Source: Diplonema japonicum
Taxonomy: Eukaryota; Protista; Euglenozoa: Diplonemea
Reading direction: 5' to 3'
Length of the DNA: 64,000 nt
Assembly: GCA_964019335.1 (NCBI GenBank)
Contig: OZ025657.1
Span: forward strand, 372,001-436,000
Shown here in pieces: positions 20,838-32,800 of the stretch; the first letter of the stretch is position 1, and each line of letters opens with the position of its first letter. The translations under genes were made by a program, and so were the position numbers. Below the pieces are notes generated by a model, which searched no databases, was not told the DNA's origin, and saw nothing but the letters and a program-made list of their open reading frames with translations.

Positions 20838-23800
20838 TCACTTAGCCTGGGCGTAGGCAAGGCAGTACGACCCAGAGGGGGCAATCTTGACAGTGACATC
20901 TTTAACACCCGCAGCAGCGACGGACTCGGCAGCTCTGCCATGGAAAGACACAGTGAGGTCCGCGTTGATTTCAATCTCACGAAGAGGTGCAGCAGGGCCA
21001 TCCCAGACAGGGGCGGAGCCCTCTGGTTGGAAGGAAGAAACCGCTTTGATCACGGCTTCCTTGGAAGACCACTTCCCAGTAAGTGCGGTCCTAGGCGCTT
21101 CAGCAGACAAGCACGCTTCCATCTCGGCAGCGGTGAAGTTCCTCTCAAGGAAGGCCTGGTTGTCCATAGGCATTGCGTTGATCATCTCCACATCACACCC
21201 GATCCCCCTGGCGCCACCTGCCTCCTTCACTAGCGTCTTCTCCGCCTCGTCCGTCCACCCTTTCGCAATCTGCGGGCCGCTGTACCCTGCAAAGCTGTAC
21301 TTCCCCGTCTTCTTGTCTTGCACCGCCCTCGCCAACGGGTCCAAGTACACACCCTGCTGCTGCGCGTCTGTGTACGGTGGTGCGTCCTTCACGTTGATCA
21401 GCTTCCCGCCCGTCAGCGACTGGTGGTAGTGGTTGTAGCACGCCTGCTGCCTCTTCGCTCTCTTTGCCATGTACTGGTTGTAATGCGTCTCGTCCAGCGT
21501 CGCCAATACGAAGTCCGCGTGGATGAGTAGCGCCTCCCCACCCACCTGCCCGAAGCCGAACGACTTCAACAGGCACGTCTTCACTTCGAAGCCCCTGAGC
21601 GTCTTCGACGGGAAGAACAGGTGCGTGAACTTGTTCAACTTACTGTCCACGTTGTCGGCGTTGCGGTTGCCGGGGACCACCTGGTGCTCCAGCATCTGCA
21701 GGCACCCATTGAGCATCCATGCGGCGGCGGCGCCCTTGGGGTGTCCGGTGAGCCACTTCTGGAACACGGTGGGCAGCAGGTTGCCCTTGCTCCTGCCAAG
21801 GTGTGCCACCTGTGTGTTGACCACTTCGGACTCGTTCAGGTCGTTGGCTTGCGTGGAGGTCCCGTGGAATGAGGCGACGCTGATGTCGTCAACGTCGAGC
21901 CCGTACACGGCGAGGGCACCCCTTAGGGGGGCGACAGACGCGTTGTTCCTGTAGAAGCCTTGCCCGTAGGTGTCGAGTGCTGCCTGCTCCTTGCGCCTAG
22001 CACCCTCCTTGATCTCTTGCAGACGCTGCTCGAGGTACGTGTCAAGGCTGAACTTCTGCTCGCCGTCCTTCAGCTGCTGCATCTCATCCTGGAGGTACTC
22101 GTGTTCGTTCTGTACCCATCTTGCAATGTTCTCCCTCTCACACTGCAGCTGCTTCTTCCTCCAGTTGAAGTCCAGCAGCCTCTGCGGCACAACGCCTCTG
22201 TTCTCTCTAGCGGTGGTCAAGATGCCCTGGCCTGGTGCAGGCACACTCCTGCCCTCCTTGTCAGTGGCGGTGTTTGTAAGCGCCACGATACCGTAGATAG
22301 GGACACCCATCTCGAAGGCCACTTCTGCGCTCATCATAACATGGATACCCGCGCCCTGTGACTCCATGAACCCAGCCCTAGACGTGGTTGTAGGGCGCGA
22401 CATCTCTTGCGGCGTGCGGCCCTTGAGTGCTTCTTCCACGGCGTCGGAGGTGGCCTTCATGTTCGCGAACTCGTAGCTGCCCTCCTCAGTAAAGTCATCG
22501 TACCCACCAGCAATCACGACCTTGGCCTTTCCGCTGATGATGGTTTCAACACCGATCTCGACAGACTCCACAGCAGTGGCACACGCACCGACGGGGGTTT
22601 TAATGGGACCAGACGACGACAGCAGCAGCAGGTTCACCCAAGCAGGCATGACGTTGATGAAGGACTCTTGCAGGATGTCCTTCTGGACGGGCTGGTCCAG
22701 CATACGCTTTCTGAAGATGCCTTGCAGGGACCTCATACCACCGATACCACCACCTGAAGTGTTGCCGAGCTCGGAGACGTGGATGTACTTGTAGAACTCG
22801 TACGGGTCGGTGACACCGCTGGTGATGAGGGCCTCGACTGTGGAGACAATTGTGAAGAGTGTGACGGGGTCGACCTGCTGGATGATGTCTTTGGGAAGGC
22901 CGTAGCGGGTGGCGTCCCAACCGGTAGGGACTTGGCCAGCGACAGTCCTCGTGAAACCCAAGGCCTTAGGGATGTACAGCTGCGCGCCCTTGCGGAGCTT
23001 CGCTACCCATACACCATCACCCTTCTCGTAGATGTCCACAGCCTCACCGTGTTGCATCTTAAAGGCCTTGGCCTCGTCCTCACCACATTCCACGGGTGCC
23101 ATGTCGTGGTCGATCGACACCTGGTGCAGGAACGTTTTCTTCTTCGGGTCGTACCCGTCGTGAAGCTCAGGTTCGACGAACCTAACACCCGCATGTTTCA
23201 GGATCTCCTCTTCGTACTCCTTTTTGATGTCGGCGTCCTTCATCTGCTTACCCGTCTTGGAGTCGACCCAGCCGCTGTACTTCGGGTCCCTCTTGTACGT
23301 GATGAAGCCCATGATCCAAGCCATCTCGATGCAGCCCTCGAGTGAGAACTTACCCTCGGCCTCGATCTGCCACCTCGTCCTCGAGTTACCCCAAGGACCG
23401 ACCTCACCGTATCCAGTAATGACGACGACCTTCGCAGGGTCCACCATGCCCTTCATGTGGCCAAGCTCCTTGTGCAGCTTCTCGTAACTCTTCATCTTGG
23501 GGAAGGAGAACTTCATGTTGGAACGGGGTTCCACCACAGGGACACCAGGCTTGCTCTGGACACCGATAACCTCGCTCTCCCTTCTCTTCTCAGATGCGAC
23601 AGCAGCACGGACGTCGGCAATCTCGCGGATGGTGAGGCGCAGGTTCGACGAGATGCTGTTCAGGTTTTCCACCAGATGCAGGCCACCGTTGAGGTCAGCC
23701 CACACAGGGTCACGCTCGGCAAGCTTGATGATCTTGGGGTGCATCAGAGCAATGAGGTTCATGCTCATCTCCATCGTGGAAAAGGTTCTGACACCGAGCT

Positions 23801-26800
23801 TCTCGATACCCTCAGCAACAAGGTTGTTGGCAGCCATCAGACCAGTGCCACGCGTCCAACCGATGGAAGCACCGACGATAGTGAGGTACTTTCCCCAGTG
23901 CTCGCTGTGCCACTTGTTGAAGAGCACCTCAAGACCGATTTTGGACTCCGCGTACAGCCCATCGCCGCCGAACAGCCCGTGGTTAGGGCTCATGGGGAGG
24001 ATGGTCTGTGTGGGTCTGGAAAGCTGCCCGGCAGCTTCCTTCTTCACCTTCACTGCACCTAAAAGGCGCAGCACGTTTGTCAACATGATACGGTGCGCAA
24101 GCTCCGACTTGGCCCCAATGTTGTCAATCTCCATGCCCTGCTCAGAAATGGCGGCGAAAGGGACGATGAAGTCGATGTCGGTGCCCATGCCGCCGCTCTT
24201 CTCATCGTCGTACACGAAATCGACGACTGCCTGCACGTCAGCAGACGACCCGCCGTTGAATGGCACAACGTGGAGCTTCGAGCCCTTTGCACCCCACTTC
24301 TCGTACACGTCCCTGTAGAAGTCGCAGGTCGACTTCGAGTAGGACGATGTGGTGCAGATGACTCTGCAACCACCTGCAAGGAGGATCTTCACCACTTCAA
24401 CACCAATGCTTCCCCTGCCGCACCCAGTGCAGAGAGCCACCTTCCCGATGAACGTGATCCCCTTGTTTGCGATTTCGTTAAGCGCCTGCAAGTACATGGT
24501 TGTAAGCCCTTTGCTGTACTCAAAGCTCATCGGGTCGTCAGACGACCTGCCCTTCAGATTAAGCAGCGGTGCCAGCTCCACATTGCGCTTGCTCCTCTCC
24601 CTCCTCGGGATGTTCGCTGCCTCGGGGTCAGCCTCGGATTCCACTTCAGCAGGTCCATGGTGCAGCCCTGAGAGGTTCAGCTCCTCGAGGATGGTGGCCA
24701 ACTCCTTCTTCGCTACTCTGCCTCTTGTCCCCAGCCTCTGAAGCTTCGACAAATTTTTCCTCACCTTAGCATCCTGCTGGAGCTGCAAAAGATCGATGCC
24801 GCGTGCCATCTCCTTCGTGTATTCCGCGTAAGATGCAACACCCTGCCTGGGAACCTCCTTGTAGCTAATCACACCATCTTCGCTGATGGTAGTGCAGGGT
24901 GCCATGGGGTGCTCAACAGGTGTGTAGATGGGGGGCGAGGTGAGGATCTGGTGCGCCGGGGTGAAGTCAAGCATCCACACGGGAGCGAAGCTCGGGATCT
25001 CCCTTGCAAGCATGTAACCAGCAGACCTCAATCGCTGGAAGTAGTTGCCACCCCTCGCCATGGCAATCTTGGTGTAGAACTCAATGAACTGGAAGAAGCG
25101 CACGTCAGCACGGTTCATGATGTGGTACACAAGCCTCTGGTCGTCTACGGACAGTGTGGGGGGTGCGATCACGCCGCTGGTCATGTCCAGCAGGAACTTC
25201 ACGTAGTCCTGCTTGGCCCAGTTCCAAGAGGCTTCGTACGACCTTGCCATCTTCCTGGAGAACTTCGGGGCAATACCGTCGACAAAGACTTCGCCAAGTT
25301 CGCTCTTGATGGCGTCCAACTCGCGTTGCAGCTGCGAAACCGTCTTCTTGGTCTCCTCCGCTGCGAGCCAGCCCGACCTGAGGTCTTCACCGAGGTAGTT
25401 CGAGAACAGTTCCATCTGTTCTCTGATGAGTACCTGTTGCTTACGATTCATCGCCTCAAGCTCGGCGCTGGGGATGGCAGCACCAACAGCCATGACAGCA
25501 CCGCCGCCGCCGCCACCGCCACCGAGGGTCACACCGTTAAGAGAAGCATAGCTGCTCATAGTCGTGTCCCAGAAGGCCTTAGCATCAGCATCACCGCCTA
25601 ACCTGGACGCGGGTTCGCTCCCAAGGGCGTGAAGCAGCACACCGTCCTGTCTGCCAGCACCAAGCCCCTTAGACGAAAGGTACGCCTTCACAGCACTCAT
25701 ACCGAAGCTGCCAGGCATCTTCGCAGAAACAAGCTTCGGGATTGCCCTCTGTCCGAATTTTCCGAGACCCTTGTAGCCACTCGCCAGCGCCTTCGCGACC
25801 TCGCCCAGAGGCATCTCAGCAGCGCCATCGATCTTCGTCACAGCATCCCCGAACTCCAGCTGAAGATCGCCGAGCATCTCGTTCTGCAGGGTGCTCTTCC
25901 CAGCGACAAGCTCCTTGATAGACTTGTTGTCAAGGTCAGCAGACACGGGCATCTTCATCTTCGACGCAACAAGAACCCTGATGAACTCTTTCGATGATAC
26001 AGGTGCGTCGGGGACAGCTGCAGGGGCACCACCTCCGGTGGCAACAGTAGCCGCCATTGCCACAGGTGCAGCAGCCGCAGCAGCAGGAGCGCCAAGAGTA
26101 ATTCCCTGAGACGTAGCATAGCTGCTGGCGACACTGTCAAGCCACTTCTTAGCATCGGCCTCGTTACCCAGCCTAGAGGCTGGCTCGAGCGTTAGTGCGT
26201 GCAACAAGGCACCCTCAGTCCTGCCTGCGCCAAGGCCGTGTGCAGCGCTCAGGTGGCCCTTTACTTGACCCATCCCAAAGCCACCAGGCATCTTGCTTCC
26301 AACCATCTTCGTAACCATGTTGTTTGTCACTTTGCCAAGGCTCCCTGTTCCGGAGATGGTGGCCGCAAGGGACTTCAAGGGTTCTTCTTCCGGCTTGTCA
26401 GCCTGGAAACCCGGGAACTCTTGACCAAGGTCACCCAGGATTTCGTTCTGCAACGTGCTCTTGCCACCCACCAGCTCCTTGATGGACTTGGTCATGGGCA
26501 CCTCAGCCATGGGCTTCCTCACCCTCGTCGAGACGAGAACCTGAAGAATCTCTGCAGAGGTGACCTTGGAGTCAGCAACAGCGGCAGCGGCACCAGCAGG
26601 GGCTGCAACAGGTGCAGGAGCTGCCACAGGGGCAGCCACTGGAGCAGGGGCGGCCGGGGCAGAGGCAGCTGCTGGGGCAGCGGGTGCATGGGCAGAGCTC
26701 TCTGCAGTGTAGTACAGTTCATCGTGCTGCTTGTTGACGTGCAGAATGGTTCTGCGGTGCGAAGAGGCGTCGTCATGCTTCTCGTACTTAGCCTTAAGGG

Positions 26801-29800
26801 TCCTGCTGGCCATCGTGGTCAATGTGGGTTCGGGCCCAATCTCAACAAGCCTCTCAATTCCGTACTCAGCAAAAATGACGTCTTGCGTCTCGATCCACCT
26901 AACAGGCGACGCGAACTGGTACGCAAGCAGCTCAATGAGCAGGGTGTACCCCAACGTCTGCTGCTCAGCAGCATTCATCTCTTCCTTCCAGTTGCCAAGC
27001 ACCTGTGCAATCTTCGGGGAGCTGCTCGCGTCCAAGACAAGCTGCGTGAACTCCTTCGAGATGTCGAATGGGCGGGCGACCAAGTTGGGTATGTACCTGT
27101 TTCTCAGAGCCTTCACATCCACCCAATCGACAGAGAGCTTCTGCTTAAGAAGCTCACGGAAAGGAGCAACACCAGAGAGCAGGAAGGAAGAGTGGAATGG
27201 AACGTCGATGCCGGGAAGGGGGATCGTGGCGAAGCCTCGCTCGGAGACAGCACGACCGCCATTCAGCTTCTTCTTTTGGAGGCACTTCTCGTACACAGTC
27301 TCGACGATCTGGTTGAGCTTCTTGGCAGACTCTTCCTTGCCTATCTTTTGCAGGAGCTTTTCAACGTTGATTTTCTCTAACTTGATGTAGTTTAACACGT
27401 TCGACAAGCAGTCCAGCGTGGTGAGCTCACCGGATGTCACGTACTGCTGCCCGATGACGTTGTAGTTCACGATCTGGATCACCTGCTTTGACAGCTTCTG
27501 GATGGAGTCCACGACGAACTGCAGCGCTTCCTGGTTGAAGCCTTCGCTCACCCTCGAAGGGTTCACGGCTACCATCCCATAGTCGGACCTCCCCTTGGCA
27601 TCACGAGGCACCGCCACCTGCATCGTCATACCCCTGTAGAAGACGACGTCCACAAGAGCCTCAATCGACAAGACCTCCGCCAGAGCAGCAAGCGACGAGT
27701 ACTCACCCAAAGAGTGTCCGGCGAAGACGGCGCCCTTCTGGACAAGACCCTTCTCCTCCATGTCCTTGTAGGCAGCAACTTCCATCAAAGTAAGAGCAGG
27801 CTGTGTGAACTGCGTGGCGTTCAGCAGACCCTTCGGGGAGTAGAAGGTGTGCGAAGTGGTGCTGGCAGTGACGTCGGGGAACAAGGGGAGCGCCCTCATG
27901 GTGCCATCGGGCTGCACCACCTCGTAGACGAGCCTCCTGTAGTTTTCCCTCATGATGGCACCGTGTTTGCCACCAAAGTGGATTGTCAGTTCGTTGGGGT
28001 TCTTCTTCACGACCTCAAGGATTGAGAACCCGTAGCTGTACTTCAAGTGATAGTCTGCACGGTCCCACAGCTGCTTGGCAACTTCAGATGTCTTGTACAG
28101 GTCCATGCCCATCCCCTTCGACTGCGATCCTTGGCCTGTGAAGATGTAGGCAGTGGGCTCCTCCTCTACCTCTGCCACACCCTTGAACACCACAGTCCCG
28201 TGCTGCTGCGTCACGTTGACGTGGAAGAGCTTCTTGCCCTGCGTCATGCCCACGTGCGTGAGCGTTGTGTGCAGCACGTCACCCGGCATCACCATTCCTA
28301 CGAACTCCGCAGAGTAGGTGGTCACACGCGACGGGTGGTTGTCCGCAGCAAAGGTCTCGACGAGTCTCCTAACAGCAGCAGAGGTCCACATACCGTGCAC
28401 AATAGTGTTGGGCAGCCCTGCAAGGTCTGCGAAGAAGGGGTTCGTGTGGATGGGGTTTGTGTCGCCGCTGATGAGCGAATAAGGCAGGTTGGTGTCGGGA
28501 CACTTCGTCGAGATGTCGAAAACCTCGTCTGAGATCTCCAGCACCTTGGACTCCTCGAAGAGCGTCTCATCTTTCATCAAGACAGCGTGCTTTTTCAAGA
28601 AGCTCTCGACGGGATCGGCCGCGCAGTTGACGCCCTCGAAGTTGATCACACCGATCTCGATGTCCTCTTTTGTGGACAGCTTTGCCATGACGTTACCGGT
28701 CACCTTGAGCTCGGAGTAGCCACCGCCCTGCTTGAACTTCTTGATGGAGTTTGTGTTAAAGGTGAGCTCTGCACCCTCAATGAGGTGGTCAGGGAGCGAC
28801 CAGTTGACCCATGTCTTGGAGCGACAGACTGCTGCAGTGGCGGAGTCGTTAACATCCAGTTCGTAGGGGATGTGGGCTTCGCGGGAGAAAGTATTCTCCC
28901 AGTCGCCACCCGCACCGCGGTACAGGAATTTCGACAAAATCTCGATGACGGGCTCGTTGTCCTTGAAGATTACACCCTTGACTTCCACCACCTTGTTGCC
29001 GCCCTCGTCGTTCTTCACAGCAGTTACCTCACCAAGCGAGGCAAGCTCGTCACCCTCCTGCAGCATGAGTCCGGGCTTCAAAGTACGGAAAGAGTTGCCC
29101 AAATGCACCAGCGACAACAGGTCGCCATCGATATGCTTCGCGAACAGTGCTCTCACAACCGACTTCCACCCGATCACCATCGCGAAATCCATAGGGGCGC
29201 ACACCTTTCCAGAGCTCTCAGCGTACTTTTCGTTGCTGTTCCCAACAGTCCTGCAGAAGTCGATGATGTCCCTGCGCTTGATGGTGTTCTTCTCCGTCCT
29301 GTCACCCAGCTCTCGTAGTTCCCACGGCACTCGTTCATCTTTGATAGCCTCTTCAGCAATCTTGTCACCCAGCCACAGCTTGGAGTAAAAGTCCTTGACA
29401 CGGGCGATGACACCAGTGTCCTCACGGATGGGCATTGCGCCGAATTCTGGGTTGTAGATGTACCTGAGTTCCAAGGGGAGGGGTGCGCTGTGGTGCTGAG
29501 AAAAGGCGGAGAGCATCACAATTATGGCCTTGGACTCGCTCTTGGTGATGGTCACTACAGGGCGAACGTCGCTGTTGGAGAAAACTGTCACGGAGCATGG
29601 AGCACCATTGTCCTCTGTAAGTACAACACGCTGCTCCAGACGCGGCCTCAGGATTCTCTGCAGCGGGTTTTCCACCCACCTGCTGCTCTTCCCTGTGCCC
29701 TTCACAAACGAATCGCAGCAGAGGAGCGCTTTGAGCCACGACACCTTCTGGCCAGAGATCGCCTGCAACCAAGCAGCGCTTGATGGAAGCTCCTCTTCCT

Positions 29801-32800
29801 CTTGAGCGGTGACGGTGAAGAAGGTTTCATCGCCGACCTTCTCAACTTGGACACCCTCAAGCGGGATGTTTTTAGGCATAGGCCCACCAAAGTACTCCAC
29901 CTCAGTAACCTGGACACCTCGTTCGCTAAGACCCTCGATCTGCCCCTTGTAGATATTTCCAAGGATTTCGGCAACGGGCTCGTTGACCTTCGTGCTGTAC
30001 CTGGCGGCAACAGGCCCGTGCAGGATGTTCACACGCCCAGCGTCGTGCCCCACAACAAACTTGAGGCTTTCCGACTGCCACAAAGAGTCCTTTTTGAACC
30101 ATGTGTTGAACCTTTCGTCAAGCCTGGGGATGAAAGGCACGGGTTTCTGTGCGGGAGCGGCGCAGAGTGCCACGAAGTGGTCCACATCCTCTGCAGATAG
30201 CGTCTGCTTCTTTGCGCTCGTGAAAGTGCTGAAGAAGGTCTGCATGAATGGTTTTGGGCTGTTCAGCACACTGAAGTCGGGGACCATAGAACTGTTGGCC
30301 TTTCCAGCGAACCTCTCTTCAATCCTCTTGAACCACCTGCCAGTCAGGTTCCTCATCGTGATGTCCACCCAGTCGTCACCGATTTCGAAAAGAAGGGCCA
30401 CCAGCCTGCGTGCGACTTCCTCGTAGGTCATCTCGTCAAGGGTCTCCACCACGGTGCCGTCTAGCTTGCAGGGAAAGAAAACCTTCTGCGCGTCGGCGTT
30501 TAAGCGCTCGATGATCATCTTCTTCTTCTCGAGGACGGCGGGCAGCTGCTTCTCCCTTGGGAGACTGAAGATCGTGTCGTCCATCTCCTTCCAGAACTTC
30601 ACACCACGGTTGGCGATTTTGTGAATGGGCTCGCCGAGCTCCGAGGTCACCGTGAGGATGCCACCGTGGGGTTTCGTGTAGGTGGTCTCCCATGTGGCCT
30701 CCTCCTCTTCGCTGATACCAGGCGCAGCGACGATGAGCTCTTTCACTGCCTGTGACGTCTCCGCCTCGGCAGCAACCATAAGTCTGGAACCCATAAGGAC
30801 ACCGTCGAAGGGCATCGAGGGACGCCCAAACTTGTGCGACCACTCACCAGTGAGCCACTTCAGGGTACCAGCTGCGTCGCCAAGACCGCCACCAGCAACA
30901 AGCACAAGGTTTGGCTGCCTCCTGCACAACCCGTAGGTGCGGAGGATGGGGTCGTGCTGGTCCTCAAAAGAGTGGTGCCCACCAGCCCTACCACCAGTCC
31001 ACTGCATCACAACCGAGATATCAGGATGCGCCTCAGCAATAGCGACCACCTGTCTAATGGTGCTCTCTGCACCGGGCTTGAATGAAATGTGCTTAATGCC
31101 GCACTCTTTGAAGGCGGTCAGGTACTCGTGCGCCTTATCAGGCGAAGGAACACCTGCCGCAATGGTGACACCTTCGATGGGGATGCCTGCCTTTCTCATC
31201 TCCTGAACATGGGGGAACTGCATGTTCCACAGGTGCTGGTTCAAAAACAGCATGTTGAGGGTGACACCCTCACCAGGCTTTGTGTTCTCTTGGATATACG
31301 AGATCTTGCTTTCAAGCATGTTGTTTGTGAAGTGGCCACCACCACTGATCTCGATCTGGAACCCCGCGTTAAGGGTTGCGGACAGGAGCTTTCCGGAGAT
31401 GGTAGTCGGTGTCATCCCTGGGACGCAGATAGGAGGGCGTCCGAGGAGCCTGGAGTACTTAGTATCGATGTGGATCTCCCCGGTAGCAGTGCTCTTGATG
31501 AGCTTGGGAGCGTACTCCTTGGCCCAGTTCACACCTGTAGGGACCTCTGCCTCGGTGTCGTAGAAGACTTTCCTCGTCAGCAGGTTAGTGTTCACGCCGT
31601 GGTCGTCACCTGAAATGAGCACCTGCGTACCTGTCCCGTCCACGTTGTGGTGCACAAGCTTGCCGCACCCCGACACACCTCCGGGACCGAAGTCCAGAAC
31701 GTGCGAAGCCTCCAGCCTGCTGATCTCTGCGCACACGGCAGGCCAGTCGACGGGGCGAGCCAGGATCTGGTCCGTCAACACTTTAGTCAGGTCCTTCTCG
31801 CTCCTCAAGTCCTTCCCGTTGAAAGTAGAAAGGACAGGCATCGCCAGCTCGGAGGAGTTGAAGAACAGGTCCAGCCTTTCGAAGTCTTTCAGCACGTCGG
31901 CAGGGACTTCCTCTAAGTAAGCAGAGTGAAAGGGGACACTGGAGGACAGGTACGTTGTAGTGAATGGGGTCTTCCTCTTGGAGTACGGGACACGCGACTG
32001 CTCGGAAGAGGCCGCGCCCTTCATCTTGCGCAGGGCCACATTCAAGCCGTAAAGGGACCTGTCAGGACCGGAGATAACCACCTGGTGTGTGCCGTTGATG
32101 AGCGACACGTGCACACAGCGCTCTGCGTCAAGGTACTGGTTGGTGTCTTGCACAACTTTTTTCACGGTGGCAACCGGCAGCGAGGTCACAGAAAGCATTC
32201 TCTGCGGGATTCCCTCACCTGCAGCGTGTGAGTCTTGCAGAATCTTCGGCTCGCACGTCACGAGGGGTATCTTTTGCTGACTCCTCAAACCCATCCAGAA
32301 CAGCATCCTTACCGCCTTCTTGCTGTTCTCAACGAAATCATCCCACGTGCCCGACGCAGCGACGACAACGGCTGCGAGCACACCTTGCGAGTGCCCAGTA
32401 GAGCACTTGGAGATCTTTCTCATAGCGTCCGGCGTCATGCTGGTGGCCTTCAAGTTGACAGCATACTGCATCAGCTGGGTGAGACCGATAAGGGGCATGG
32501 ACACAGGCGCGGAGGTAAGGTAGTTCTCGGAAGGCATCTTGGTGGGGTCCTTGAGCCACTCGATGACGTTAAGCTGTTGCAGAACAAGCGATGACGCGAC
32601 GGCCTCCGGGGAGGAAACGTCAGCGTGCAGGGCGGTGACAATGGCAGCAAGGGTGTCGTGAATGAGAGGTCTGTAGTCCTGGTAGAGCTGGGACAACTCG
32701 TTCATGTACTGGTAACCCTGCCCACCGAACACGTAAGAAAGCGAGATTTTAGAGGCTTCAGCAGACGCGATAAACTTGGATTTAGGGGAGTAAGGTGTGG